Below are positions 29,999 through 40,911 of a stretch of 64,000 bases of DNA, one piece after another (position 1 is the stretch's first letter; each line of letters begins with the position of its first letter). The stretch is from an uncultured Gemmatimonadales bacterium (GTDB taxonomy: Bacteria > Gemmatimonadota > Gemmatimonadetes > Longimicrobiales > Gaopeijiaceae). Where the stretch lies: the NCBI GenBank assembly GCA_963823035.1, contig CAWGKG010000018.1:320001-384000 (forward strand), in the 5' to 3' direction. The translations under genes were made by a program, and so were the position numbers. The notes beneath the pieces are model-generated. The model ran no database searches. It was not told the origin of the DNA and saw nothing but the letters and a program-made list of their open reading frames with translations.

Positions 29999-31384
29999 TC
30001 AGGCGACTCCGCCGAGCACGTCCTCCGCTCGCCGCACCAGCGCCTCCGCGCTCGCCGCGTCCGGCGCCTCGGCGATGAGGCGCACGACCGGCTCCGTCCC
30101 CGACGGCCGGACGTGCAGCCAGCTCCGCTGCTCCGGCCACGCCATGCGCAGGCCGTCCGTCCGATCCGTCTCCCGGGCGTCCATGTCCTCGGCCAGGGCG
30201 TCGTATGCGCCGGCCAGCGCCTCCCGCGGGAACGAGACCTTCTTCTTAACGATGTCGTAGGAGGGCCAGCGAGCGACAGCTTCTGATAGCGAGCCGTTCT
30301 CGTCGACCAGGTGCTGGAGCACCAGCGCGACGGCCAGGGGAGCGTCCCGCGTGTAGTGCAGCGCGGGCAGGATCACCCCACCATTGCCCTCGCCGCCCAC
30401 CACCGCCCGCTCGGCCTGCATGCGCCGCGCCACGTTGACCTCACCGACCGGAGCGCGCACCACCGTGCACCCGTAGGCGCGGGCGACGTCGTCCACGACC
30501 TGGCTGGTGGAGAGGTTCGTCACGACGGTCCCCGGCGTGCGCCGCAGCACCGCGGCGGCGGCGAGGGCGAGGGTGAGGTCCTCGCCCACGGGTTCCCCGT
30601 GCTCGTCCACCAGCGACAGTCGGTCGACGTCGGGGTCGACCGCGAGGCCGATGCGCGCCCCGGTCTCGCGGACCAGGCGCCCGAGCTCCGCCAGGTTGGC
30701 GGCCGTGGGCTCGGGGTCCCGGGGGAATCGGCCGTCCGGCTCCATCCCGATCCCCGTGTAGGTGCAGCCCAGCTCGTGGAGGACGTTGCCGATCGGAGGC
30801 CCACCGGCCCCGCGCACACAGTCCACCGCCACGTACATCCGCGCGCGCTGGATGGCGGCGACGTCGATGTGCGGCAGCCCGAGGATCCGCTCCAGGTGGC
30901 GTGGCCAGGCGTCGACGTCCTCCTGGACGGTCCCGAGGCGGTCCCAGGACGCACGCGGCGGATCGACTTCCACGAGGTACTTCCGGAAGCGGGCCGAGAG
31001 GTCGGCGTCGAGGAAGATCCCCTCGCTGGAGACGAGCTTGAGGGCATTCCACTCCGCGGGGTTGTGGCTGGCCGTGATGCCGACTCCACCCGCCCCGTGG
31101 CCGTCCTCGACCGCGAGGAGGAGCGTCGGCGTGGGCACCACGCTCAGGGCCACCACGTCGCACCCCACGGAGATCAGGCCGGCGATGGCCGCGCGCACGA
31201 ACATCGGGCCCGACGTGCGGGAGTCCCGCGCGACGTAGATCGGCCCGGTGTGGCCCTCCGAGCGCAGGAAGCCGCCGAACGCGGCCGTGATGCCCGCGAT
31301 GAGCTCGGGCGTGAGGGGGTCGCCGACCCGGCCGCGAACGCCGGACACGCTGACCATGAGGTCGGAGGGGAGGTGGACAGGCAT
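29999..31384 (-). CDS. glmM: Phosphoglucosamine mutase / phosphohexomutase
   Basis: ITASHNP, DPDVDR, GGEGNGG, RPSGTEP; immediately upstream of glmS. Confidence 0.8.
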   Translation of the reverse strand: MPVHLPSDLMVSVSGVRGRVGDPLTPELIAGITAAFGGFLRSEGHTGPIYVARDSRTSGPMFVRAAIAGLISVGCDVVALSVVPTPTLLLAVEDGHGAGGVGITASHNPAEWNALKLVSSEGIFLDADLSARFRKYLVEVDPPRASWDRLGTVQEDVDAWPRHLERILGLPHIDVAAIQRARMYVAVDCVRGAGGPPIGNVLHELGCTYTGIGMEPDGRFPRDPEPTAANLAELGRLVRETGARIGLAVDPDVDRLSLVDEHGEPVGEDLTLALAAAAVLRRTPGTVVTNLSTSQVVDDVARAYGCTVVRAPVGEVNVARRMQAERAVVGGEGNGGVILPALHYTRDAPLAVALVLQHLVDENGSLSEAVARWPSYDIVKKKVSFPREALAGAYDALAEDMDARETDRTDGLRMAWPEQRSWLHVRPSGTEPVVRLIAEAPDAASAEALVRRAEDVLGGVA

Positions 31385-31531
31385 CGGGAGACCAGGGGGG
31401 ATGCGGAAAGGCGAACGGGAAGTTTGCCGAAAGGGACGGAGGGGTCAACGGACCGCGGTGGCGGCGGCCTTCCGGCGGCCGGTACATTGCTCCCTTCCCG
31501 ACCCTTCGACCCCTCCAAGGCTGAACCCGCC

Positions 31532-32693
31532 ATGACCGAGAAGGACACCGCCGGCCTCGGCTTCGGGACCCGCGCCATCCACGCCGGCGTAGCCCCCGAG
31601 CCCGTCACCGGCGCGATCATGACGCCGATCTTCCAGACCTCCACCTACGTCCAGCCGGCGGTGGGCGAGCCGAAGGGACACTACGACTACGGCCGCACCG
31701 CCAACCCGACGCGCGAGGCGCTGGAGGCCAACCTCGCCTCGCTGGAGTCGGGGACGCAGGCGGTCGCCTTCTCCTCCGGCCTCGCGGCCATCGAAGCGAT
31801 CGTGAAGCGGCTCTCGGCGGGCGACCACGTGGTGAGCGAGGAGAACACCTACGGAGGCACGACCCGCATGTTCGACCGCGTGCTCTCCCGCTTCGGGATC
31901 GAGTTCACGTACGTGGACTCGAGCGACGCGGCCGCGGTCGAGGCGGCACTGCGGCCGAACACGCGCCTCGTCCACGTCGAGACACCCACCAACCCGATGA
32001 TGCGGGTCTGCGACGTCCGGGCGCTGGCGGAGCTCGCGCACGGGGTCGGGTGCGCTCCTCTCGGTCGACAACACCTTCGCGTCCCCCTACAACCAGCGGC
32101 CCCTCGAGATGGGGGCGGACTTCACCGTCCACTCCTCGACGAAGTACGTGAACGGACACTCCGACGTGATCGGCGGCCTGGTCGCGGTGCGCGACGAGGC
32201 GTTGGCCGAGGAGCTCGGCTTCATCCGCAAGTCCACGGGTGCCGTGCCCGGCCCCATGGACTGCTGGCTGACGCTGCGCGGTCTCAAGACGCTTCACGTG
32301 CGCATGCGCCAGCACAACGCCAACGGGCTCGCGGTGGCGCGCTGGCTCGAAGCGCACCCGAAGGTGGACCGGGTGCTCTACCCCGGCCTGCCCTCGCACC
32401 CGCAGCACGAGCTGGCCGCTCGCCAGATGGGCGGCTTCACCGGGATGGTGTCGGTGGACGTGGGCACCCTGGAGCGGGCGCGCGGCCTCACCGAGCACTG
32501 CCGGGTCTTCGCGCTGGCCGAGAGCCTGGGCGGCATCGAGTCGCTCATCAGCGTGCCGGCGCTCATGACGCACGCCTCGGTGCCGGAGGAGCGGCGCGCC
32601 CGCATGGGGCTCACGCCCGGGCTGGTGCGCCTCTCGGTCGGGATCGAGGACGAAGCGGACCTCCTGGCGGACCTCGAGCGCGTCCTGGGGTAG
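31532..32693 (+). CDS. Cystathionine gamma-synthase/lyase family PLP enzyme (frameshift near 32051)
   Basis: PIFQTSTY, YGRTANPTR, ETPTNP; after the shift VDNTFASP, HSSTKYVNGHSD, AESLGGIESL, RLSVGIED. Confidence 0.9.
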
Positions 32694-32705
32694 CAAGCGG
32701 AGGCA

Positions 32706-32733
32706 TGAAACCCGGCATTCGGCGCCCGCGTAG
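32706..32733 (+). promoter_or_regulatory. ECF-sigma promoter (copy upstream of M48 peptidase)
   Basis: TGAAAC-N17-CGTAG, same layout as the sites at 40875 and 41671. Confidence 0.65.
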
Positions 32734-32796
32734 TCAGGGCAAAGAGCTCGCCGGCCCCTGCGCGGCGCGGGGGCAACCACGCAAGAGGATCGGACC

Positions 32797-33802
32797 ATGG
32801 CCGACGATCAGGAACGGACGGACGGAAAGACGGGCGGGGACGCGAAGGCGCGCCGCATCCTGACCGACATCGCACCGCGCTCGTGGGAGCACCCGGCCGA
32901 CAGGGCCGCGCTCGAGGCGCTACGGCGCATCCCGGTCTTCGACGAGGTGCTCAAGAAGCTCTTCGGCTTCTTCGGCGAGAAGCCGGTGCGCCTCGCCTTC
33001 CAGGCGAACGCGGTCCGGGTGAGCTCCAAGCAGTTCCCCCGCCTGCAGGGGCTCTACGACGACGTGCTCAAGACCCTCGACGCGCCGAAGCACTACCCCC
33101 TCTTCGTCTCGCAGACCCCGATCGTGAACGCGGGCGCGTGGGGGATGGACGAACCGTTCATCGTGCTCAACTCCGGGACCGTCGGCGCTCCTGGACGACC
33201 GGCAGCTCGCGTACATCATGGGGCACGAGCTCGGGCACATCCTGAGCGACCACGTGCTGTACAAGACGATGACCGCCTTGCTCCTCCAGCTCGCGCAGAT
33301 GGGCTTCCCGCTCGTCGGGCTCGCGGCACGGGCGGTGCTGGTGGCGCTCCTCGAGTGGTCGCGCAAGAGCGAGCTCTCCTGCGACCGGGCCGGTCTGCTC
33401 TGCGTTCAGGATCCCGAGGTCGTCATGCGCACGATGCTCAAGATGGCCGGCGGCGGTGAGGACGAGGAGACCAACCTGCAGGAGTTCATCGTCCAGGCCG
33501 AGGAGTACCGGGCCGGCGGCGACGTGGCCGACCAGGTCTTCAAGATCCTCAACCTCATCGGCTCGACGCACCCCTTCTGGACGCTGCGGGTCAGCGAGTT
33601 GCGGGCCTGGATCGAGACCGGTGACTACGACCGCATCGTCCGCGGCGAGTATCCCCGTCGCGGGGAGCCGAACCCGGCCTATCAGGAAGACCTGCGCGAG
33701 GCCGCGGGCGCCTACGCGGAGGGCGCGCGCGACTTCCTCGACACCATGACCGCCGCGGCCAGGAAGATGGGCGAGACGTTCATGGGCGGCATGAAGCGCT
33801 GA
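32797..33802 (+). CDS. M48-family metallopeptidase (frameshift near 33184)
   Basis: WEHPADRAAL, MGHELGH (HExxH), ELSCDRAGLL, STHP. Confidence 0.88.
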
Positions 33803-33825
33803 CGCCGCCTTCGGGCCGTCATCGG

Positions 33826-33869
33826 GGGGCGTCCGGGCGGGTAGCCCGGGCGCCCCTCTTCCTTATCTT
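33826..33869 (+). terminator. Probable intrinsic terminator after the M48 gene
   Basis: GGGGCGTCCGGGC-GGGTA-GCCCGGGCGCCCC followed by TCTTCCTTATCTT. Confidence 0.55.
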
Positions 33870-33875
33870 GAGCGG

Positions 33876-35167
33876 ATGCGCATCCTCATCGTAGGCAACG
33901 GCGGGCGGGAGCACGCCCTTCTCTGGAAGCTCCGGCGCGACGCCCCCGGAGCCGAGTTCTTCGCGACGCGACCGAACGGCGGGATGGCCGCGCTCTGCCA
34001 GCCGCTCCCCATCGCGCCCACCGACGTCGAGGCTCTCTCCGGGTGGGCGGCCGCGCAGCGGATCGACCTGACGGTCGTCGGCCCCGAGGCCCCCCTCGCC
34101 GTCGGGGATCGTGGATCGGTTCGTGGCCAAGGGCCTGCCCGTCTTCGGGCCCACCCGGGACGCGGCCCGCATCGAGTCGAGCAAGGTGTACGCGAAGGAC
34201 CTCATGCGCGGCGCCGGCGTCCCGACCGCGGAGTACCGGACCTTCCGTGACCAGGCGGGCGCCGAGGCGTGGGTGCGCGAGCACGGCGCGCCGGTCGTGG
34301 TGAAGGCGTCCGGGCTGGCGGCGGGCAAGGGCGCGGTGGTGTGCGCAACCGTCGACGAGGCGCTCGAGGCGATCGCCTCGATGATGGGCGACCTGGCCTT
34401 CGGAGAGGCCGGCCGCGAGGTGGTGATCGAGGACTGCCTCGAGGGCGAGGAGCTGTCGATCTTCGCCGTCGCGGACGGCGAGCGGGCCCTGCTGCTCCTC
34501 CCCTCCCAGGACCACAAGCGCGTCGGAGAGGGGGACACCGGCCCGAACACGGGCGGGATGGGTGCCTACGCACCCGTGTCGATCGCCACTCCGGAGGTGC
34601 TGGCCGAGGCGCGCGACCGCGTGTTCGCGCCTACCCTGCGCGCGATGGCCGCGGACGGATGCCCCTTCCGCGGCCTGCTCTACGCCGGCCTGATGAAGAC
34701 GGCGGACGGGCTGTCGGTGATCGAGTTCAACGGCCGCTTCGGCGACCCGGAGACGCAGGCCGTGCTCCCGCTCATGGCGTCTTCCCTGCTCGATCTGCTC
34801 GCCACCGTCGCCGAGGGCGGGAGCCTGGCCGGGCGCAGCGTGCGCTGGAGCGAGGCCTCCGCGGTGACGACCGTGCTGGCCTCCGCCGGCTATCCGGGAA
34901 GCTACGAGAAGGGGAAGCCGATCCGCATCCCGGGCGGGCTCGAGGGGGAAGGGCTGACCGTGTTCCATGCGGGCACCCGGCGCGACGGCGACGACCTCGT
35001 CACCGCAGGCGGCCGCGTCCTCGCGGTCACGGCGCTCGGCTCGACCTTCCCGGAGGCGGCGGATCGCAGCCGCGAGGGGGCCGCCGCGATCGACTTCGAG
35101 GGGGCCTTCTACCGCGGCGACATCGGCTGGCGCGAGCGCGCGCGTACGCCCGGCCCCGACACCCTGA
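33876..35167 (+). CDS. purD: Phosphoribosylamine--glycine ligase (frameshift near 34104; second probable indel near 35140)
   Basis: GNGGREHAL, VGPEAPL, KASGLAAGKG, QDHKR, GPNTGGMGAY, RFGDPE, GGRVL, YRGDIG. The nearest stop (35165-35167) is out of frame. Confidence 0.93.
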
Positions 35168-35185
35168 GCCCACCTCCGACAGCCC

Positions 35186-36025
35186 ATGCCCGAGCTGCCC
35201 GAGGCCGAGACGATCGTCCGGGGTCTGCGCCGCACCGTGGTGGGCGAGCGCATCCGCCGCGTCGAGGTCGTGCACGCCGACGTGCTGCGCCAATCCCGGA
35301 GGGCGCTCGGCTCCATGCTGCGCGAGCGCACCATCGCCTCCGTGGGGCGACGCGGGAAGAACGTGATCGTGAAGCTCGACGGGGGCCGGGTCCTCGCCGT
35401 GAACCTGGGGATGACCGGCCGTCTCCTCCCCTTCCCCACGCCTCCGCGCGGCGCCGCACGGCCGACGCACCCGGCGGTGCGGCTGCGCTTCGCGTCCGGC
35501 GGCGTCCTGGTCTTCGACGACCAGCGACGGTTCGGGACGTTCGAGGCGTTGGACGCCGACGCCTGGGCGCTCCGCTCGGAGCGAATGGGCCCCGAGCCCC
35601 TCGAGCGGGGCTTCACGCCGAAGCGCCTGCACCGCGGCCTGCAGGGCTCGCGCTCGCCCGTCCGGTCATGGCTCCTCGACCAGCGTCGTATTGCAGGTGT
35701 CGGGAACATCTACGCGGCCGAGGCGCTCTACCACGCGGGCGTCGATCCCAGACGTCCGGCCAACGGGGTGTCACCGGAGGAGGCCGTGCGCCTGCACGGC
35801 GCCCTCCGGTCCGTGCTGCGCCACGCAATCCAGGACGGCGGAACCACCATCCGTGACTATCGCAACGCAGAAGGCGGCGAAGGCGCCTACGGCCGCCGAC
35901 TCCACGTCTACGGCCGCGAGGGCGAGGCCTGCGACCGGTGCGGCTCCACGATCCGCCGCGTCGTGCTCTCCAACCGGTCGGCGTTCTTCTGCCCGACCTG
36001 CCAGCCACCGGGGGATGCTCCCTGA
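35186..36025 (+). CDS. mutM: Formamidopyrimidine-DNA glycosylase
   Basis: MPELPE, RRGK, LGMTG, GVGNIYAAE, C-terminal CDRC...CPTCQ zinc finger. Confidence 0.95.
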   Translation: MPELPEAETIVRGLRRTVVGERIRRVEVVHADVLRQSRRALGSMLRERTIASVGRRGKNVIVKLDGGRVLAVNLGMTGRLLPFPTPPRGAARPTHPAVRLRFASGGVLVFDDQRRFGTFEALDADAWALRSERMGPEPLERGFTPKRLHRGLQGSRSPVRSWLLDQRRIAGVGNIYAAEALYHAGVDPRRPANGVSPEEAVRLHGALRSVLRHAIQDGGTTIRDYRNAEGGEGAYGRRLHVYGREGEACDRCGSTIRRVVLSNRSAFFCPTCQPPGDAP

Positions 36026-37530
36026 CGCCCCCCGGGGCGCGCGCGCGCTCCGGGGGATCGTCCTGCTCGGCCTCCTCCTCGCGCCCTCGCCGCTCCGGGC
36101 TCAGGGACGTACGCCCGGCGAGCGGCTCCCGGTGCGCGAGAAGACCCTTCCCAACGGGATGCACTTCATGGCGCTCGAGCGGAAGGGTGCGCCGACCGTC
36201 GCGTTCGTGGTGCAATACGACGTCGGCAGCGTGCAGGAGCACCTGGGAAATACCGGCACGGCGCATCTCCTCGAGCACCTCCTCTTCAAGGGCACGACCA
36301 CCGTGGGCACGCGTGACGTCGACGCGGAGAGGGCGCTGTTCGACCTCATGGACGCGGCACAGGACTCGATCGTGCTCGCCCGGGCCGCCGGCGACAGCGC
36401 GGACGTCGCGCGGCTCGACGGACGCATCGAGGTGCTGGAGGACTCGGCCCGCACGTACGTCGTGCCCAACGAGTTCGACCGCATCCTGACGCGCGCCGGC
36501 GCGCAGGGGCTCAACGCCACCACCACGAACGAGTCCACCACGTACTTCGTGGAGCTACCGGCCAACCGGGCGGAGCTGTGGTTCGCGATGGAGGGAGACC
36601 GGATGGCGCACCCGGTCTTCCGCGAGTTCTACACGGAGCGGGACGTGGTCATGGAGGAGAGGCGCCTCCGCATCGAGACGAGCCCCGGCGGGCTGCTCTA
36701 CGAGAACCACCTGGCGGAGGCCTTCACGATGCACCCCTACGGCGTCCCCCCGGTCGGCTACATGTCCGACCTGGAGAACCTCGGCCGCCGGGAGGTGGAG
36801 GACTACTACCGACGCTACTACGGCCCGAACAACGCGAGCGTGGTCGTGGTGGGCGACATCGACGCCGGCCAGGCCGTGCGCTGGGCCGAGCACTACTTCG
36901 CCCCGATCCCGCGCGGCGAGGAGCCGCCGCCGGTGCTGGCGCGCGAGCCCGAGCAGCGCGGCGAGCGGCGCATCGAGCATCGTCTGGGACGCCGAGCCGT
37001 CGCTGCGCATCGGATGGCACGTGCCCGCGGCCCTCGACCCCGACGCGCCGGCGCTCACGATGCTCACGTCGCTCCTGACCGGTGGACGGACCTCGCGCCT
37101 CTACCATCGCCTCGTCCAGGAGGATCGGTCGGCCGCGTCCGTGTTCTCCTCGATGGGCCCGGGCGAGAAGTACCCGCAGCTCTTCCAGATCGACGCGACG
37201 CCGGTTTCGCCGCACACGACCCTCGAGGTGGAGGCGGCGATCTACGAGGAGATCGACCGCTTGGCGGCGGAAGGCCCCACCGAGCGGGAGCTCGTGCGCG
37301 TGCGCAATCAGGTGGAGGCGGGCAACGTGCGGCGGCTGCAGTCGAACCTCGGGCTCGCCTTCCAGATCGCCGCGTCGGCCACACTCACCGGGGATTGGCG
37401 CGACACCTTCCGCCTCTCCGAGCGCATCCGCGAGGTCACCGCGGAGGACGTGCGCCGGGTGGCGGCGAAGTACCTGACCCAGCGGAACCGCACGGTGGCG
37501 ACGCTGCGCCGTGAGGAGCCCACGTCGTGA
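36015..37530 (+). CDS. Exported M16 (pitrilysin) peptidase, catalytic subunit (frameshift near 36978)
   Basis: Signal peptide; GTAHLLEHLLFKGT (HxxEH), NATT, ERDVVMEERR, YYGPNNA; C-terminal half in ORF 37021..37530. Confidence 0.9.
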
Positions 37531-38972
37531 GGCGCGCTGCCTGGATGCTGGGCTTCGTCCTCCTGGCCGGCGTGGCCGCCGCCCCGGCGTCCGCGCAGGA
37601 GAGCGGGAGGGCCGTGGTGGACAAGCTCCGCTTCCCGCCGCTTCGCTTCGACGCCCCGGCGCCCGAGATGCACGAGGTGGAGGGCGTGCGCGTCCTCTTC
37701 CTGGAGGACCATGCCGTTCCCCTCGTGACCCTCTTCGCGCGCTTCAGGGGAGGGTACAGCCTCTTCGACCGGAGCCTGTACGCGGCCGCCTCCGCCCTTC
37801 CGGCGTTGCTCCGCTACGGGGGCACCACGACGCTGTCTCCGGACTCCGTCGACGAAGCGCTCGAGTACTACGCTCTCCAGACCAGCTTCGGCGGGGGTGG
37901 CGAGACGGTGTTCAGCAGCATGAACACCCTCACGGAGCATCTCGGGCCCGGGCTCGATCTCTGGTTCGACATGCTGCGCAACCCGCGGTTCGACTCGGCG
38001 CAGGTCGAGGTATGGCGCGGCCGCGAGCTGGAGAGCGTGCGCCGCCGCCCCGACGACCCGCAGCGGCTCGCCTTCTCGCAGTTCAACCGACTCATGTACG
38101 GAGACCACCCGGTGGGGTGGGAGATGGCCCCGGGGGATCTGGAACCCGAGGATCTCACATCTACGATCCTACATGAGATGCAGAATCGTATCTTGTGTCC
38201 CGACAATCTCATAATCGGCGTCACAGGAGACGTGACATGGCCCGAGATCGAGGGCCGGCTCCGACGTGAGCTGCGCGGATGGCGCCCCTGTGCCGGCACG
38301 CTTCCCGAATACCCCGAGCCGCACATCCGCGCCAAGCCGGGCGTCTTCCTCATCCCCAGGGATCTGGAGCAGAGCATCCTGGTGATGGCGCACCCCACCG
38401 ACGTCCATCTCGGCGACGGCCGCCGCTACTTCGCGGCTCAGATCGGCAACTCGATCCTGGGCAGTGGCGGCTTCAACTCCCGCATCATGGCGCGCGTGCG
38501 CACCGAGGAGGGCTACGCCTACTCGGCCAGCTCGATCTGGACGATGCCCCGCCGCTACCAGGGGATCGTCGGAGCCGTGACGCGCACCCGCCCCGAGAAC
38601 ACCGTGCCCGCTCTCGAAACGATCCTGGACATCATGAAGGAGATGAGCCGGGACGACCCCACGAGCGAGGAGGTGGGCACCGCCGTCGACCAGATCGTGA
38701 ACGGCTTCGTCTTCAATTTCGAGACGCTGGCGCAGATCGTGTCGCGGCGGATGTTCTACCTGGCACAGGAGCTTCCGGACGATTGGCTCGAGCAGTACGT
38801 GAGCGGCGTCGAAGGGGTCACGCCCGCCTCGGTCCACGGCGTCCTTCGCGAGAACCTCCGTCCCGACGATATGATCATCCTGGTCGTGGGTGACCCGGAA
38901 CGGATCGGGCGCGAGGCACTCGAGCGTCTCGGACCCGTCACCGTGCTCGATCCCTCGGCCGCCCCCGGTTGA
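37527..38972 (+). CDS. Exported M16 peptidase partner subunit (no HxxEH)
   Basis: Signal peptide; [23 protein letters not shown] (R/Y pair); translationally coupled to the catalytic subunit. Confidence 0.88.
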   Translation: MRRAAWMLGFVLLAGVAAAPASAQESGRAVVDKLRFPPLRFDAPAPEMHEVEGVRVLFLEDHAVPLVTLFARFRGGYSLFDRSLYAAASALPALLRYGGTTTLSPDSVDEALEYYALQTSFGGGGETVFSSMNTLTEHLGPGLDLWFDMLRNPRFDSAQVEVWRGRELESVRRRPDDPQRLAFSQFNRLMYGDHPVGWEMAPGDLEPEDLTSTILHEMQNRILCPDNLIIGVTGDVTWPEIEGRLRRELRGWRPCAGTLPEYPEPHIRAKPGVFLIPRDLEQSILVMAHPTDVHLGDGRRYFAAQIGNSILGSGGFNSRIMARVRTEEGYAYSASSIWTMPRRYQGIVGAVTRTRPENTVPALETILDIMKEMSRDDPTSEEVGTAVDQIVNGFVFNFETLAQIVSRRMFYLAQELPDDWLEQYVSGVEGVTPASVHGVLRENLRPDDMIILVVGDPERIGREALERLGPVTVLDPSAAPG

Positions 38973-39006
38973 CCCCCTGACCTCCCAACCCGCCCAGGAG
39001 CGAAGC

Positions 39007-40002
39007 ATGTCCCAACCTGCCCAGGAACGAACCCAGGAGCGCGGCACCACCCATCGGCCGGGCCGCGGCCGCGTGTACGAAGGCATCCTGCAGACCATCG
39101 GCGACACGCCCCTCGTTCGCGCCCCCAAGCTCTCCACGCTACACGGGGCGCGCGCGGACGTCCTCCTCAAGCTCGAGTTCTTCAACCCGGCGGCCAGCGT
39201 GAAGGACCGCATCGGCATGGCGATGATCGAGGGCCTGGAGGCCGACGGAACCCTGAAGCCCGGTTCCACCGTGGTCGAGCCGACCTCGGGAAACACCGGC
39301 ATCGCGCTCGCCATGGTGTGCGCCCAGCGCGGCTACCGCTGCGTGCTCACGATGCCGGAGACGATGTCGATCGAGCGGCGCAAGATGCTGGCGCTCCTCG
39401 GAGCGGAGCTGCACCTCACGCCGAAGGAACAGGGCATCAACGGTGCCCTGGCCAAGGCGGACGAGCTTCTCGCGGAGATCCCGGGCGCCGTGCGCGCCGG
39501 CCAGTTCACGAACCCCGCCAACCCGGAGATCCACCGGCGCACCACCGCCGAGGAGATCTGGAACGACACCGACGGAGCCGTGGACGCCGTGGTCTCGGGC
39601 GTGGGCACCGGCGGGACCATCACCGGCTGCGGCCAGGTGCTGAGGAAGCGCAAGCCGGGACTGCGGATGATCGCGGTCGAGCCCGAGGTGAGCCCGGTGC
39701 TCTCCGGGGGTGAGCCGGGCCCCGGCAACATGATCCAGGGGATCGGGGCCGGCTTCATCCCCGAGATCCTCGACACGGACGTCATCGACGAGGTGGTCAC
39801 CGTCTCCAACCAGGAGTCGATCGACATGGCGCGGGAGGCCGCGCGCGTCGAGGGCATCCCCTGCGGCATCTCGTCCGGAGCCGCGCTGGCGGCGGGCTAT
39901 CGGGTCGCGAAGCGGCCCGAGATGGAGGGCAAGACGATCGTCGTGGTGCTGCCGTCGTTCGCCGAGCGCTACATCTCGACGGTGCTGTTCGAGGGGATCT
40001 GA
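39007..40002 (+). CDS. cysK: Cysteine synthase A
   Basis: [45 protein letters not shown]. Confidence 0.95.
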   Translation: MSQPAQERTQERGTTHRPGRGRVYEGILQTIGDTPLVRAPKLSTLHGARADVLLKLEFFNPAASVKDRIGMAMIEGLEADGTLKPGSTVVEPTSGNTGIALAMVCAQRGYRCVLTMPETMSIERRKMLALLGAELHLTPKEQGINGALAKADELLAEIPGAVRAGQFTNPANPEIHRRTTAEEIWNDTDGAVDAVVSGVGTGGTITGCGQVLRKRKPGLRMIAVEPEVSPVLSGGEPGPGNMIQGIGAGFIPEILDTDVIDEVVTVSNQESIDMAREAARVEGIPCGISSGAALAAGYRVAKRPEMEGKTIVVVLPSFAERYISTVLFEGI

Positions 40003-40012
40003 GCGGGTCGCG

Positions 40013-40771
40013 TCAGCTCCGCGTGCCCCAGTGCAGGGCCGCGATCCCGAAGCTGAGCAGCCGGTACCCCGGCTCGTCGAAGCCCGCGTCCCCGAAGAGG
40101 TCGCGGAGCGCTTCCGGGCCGGGGAACTCCTTCACCGACTCCGGGAGGTACGTGTACGCCCACGGGTGACCGGAGACCACGCGCCCCACCACGGGCAGCA
40201 CGCGGTGGAAATAGAAGTGGTAGCCGGCGCGGACCACGGGGTTGGGCGGCGTCGTGAACTCGAGGACGACGAGGCGGGCGCCCGGCCGCAGCACCCGCCG
40301 CAGCTCGACCAGACCGCGCGCCACGTCCGAGAGGTTGCGCACGCCGAAGCCGACGGTGGCGCCCTCGAAGGTGCCGTCGTCGAAGGGCAGCCGAAGAGAG
40401 TCCCCGCACACGGCCGAGACGGGGGCACCCGCCAGCTTCGGTGCGCCGGTCGCCAGCATCGGGTGCGCGAAGTCCGAAGCGACCACCCGGCCTCGGAACG
40501 CCCGGCGCGCCGCCAACTCGAGCGCGAGGTCGAACGTACCGGCGCACGCGTCGAGGAAGAGCCCGTCGGCCGCCCGCTCCCATCGCAGCAGATCCACGGC
40601 CCGGCGGCGCCACCGCCGGTCGATGTTCATGCTCAGGACGTGGTTCAGCAGGTCGTAGCGCGGGGCGATCTCCGAGAAGATGCGCTGGACCTGCACCTCG
40701 CGCGCCACACCTTCCTTCGGCGCGGCCGCGTCGGCGTTTCGGGGGGTCGGCGCTCTCCCGGGGGACGGCAT
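40013..40771 (-). CDS. ubiE: Ubiquinone/menaquinone biosynthesis C-methyltransferase (UbiE/MenG)
   Basis: FSEIAPRYDLLNHVLS, LDACAGTFDL, FGVRN, AYTYLPESV. Confidence 0.9.
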   Translation of the reverse strand: MPSPGRAPTPRNADAAAPKEGVAREVQVQRIFSEIAPRYDLLNHVLSMNIDRRWRRRAVDLLRWERAADGLFLDACAGTFDLALELAARRAFRGRVVASDFAHPMLATGAPKLAGAPVSAVCGDSLRLPFDDGTFEGATVGFGVRNLSDVARGLVELRRVLRPGARLVVLEFTTPPNPVVRAGYHFYFHRVLPVVGRVVSGHPWAYTYLPESVKEFPGPEALRDLFGDAGFDEPGYRLLSFGIAALHWGTRS

Positions 40772-40874
40772 GACAGGCGTGCCTCTGCGGCATAGGTTAC
40801 CAGCGCCCCCAGGCGCCACCACACTCGGGGGGCCGAAAGCTACGGGAAGCGGTGGGGGGTCTCAACGGCCGGCG

Positions 40875-40902
40875 CGAAACACGGAAACCGCCGCATGCGT
40901 AG
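40875..40902 (+). promoter_or_regulatory. ECF-sigma promoter (upstream of the sigma gene, likely autoregulatory)
   Basis: CGAAAC-N17-CGTAG ending 9 nt before ATG 40912. Confidence 0.6.
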
Positions 40903-40911
40903 GGCGCCACG

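Noticed and set aside
30241..30300. Rare-codon patch near the 3' end of glmM as an internal glmS promoter
   Set aside because: The composition shift is mild and I could not find a convincing -35/-10 pair.
31385..31531. SAM riboswitch or T-box before the metB-like gene (also checked before cysK, alaS and the gene ending at 52490)
   Set aside because: No recognisable conserved aptamer motifs; the spacers are short and look like plain promoter regions.
34111..35856. PurD extended about 230 aa over mutM
   Set aside because: PurD homology ends at YRGDIG and the extension is out-of-frame mutM sequence. A small indel in the CG repeat near 35140 would restore the stop at 35167.
38196..38236. dif or parS site within the AT-rich patch
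   Set aside because: Only TTATG matches the XerD arm, there is no XerC arm, and there is no TGTTTCACGTGAAACA-like palindrome.
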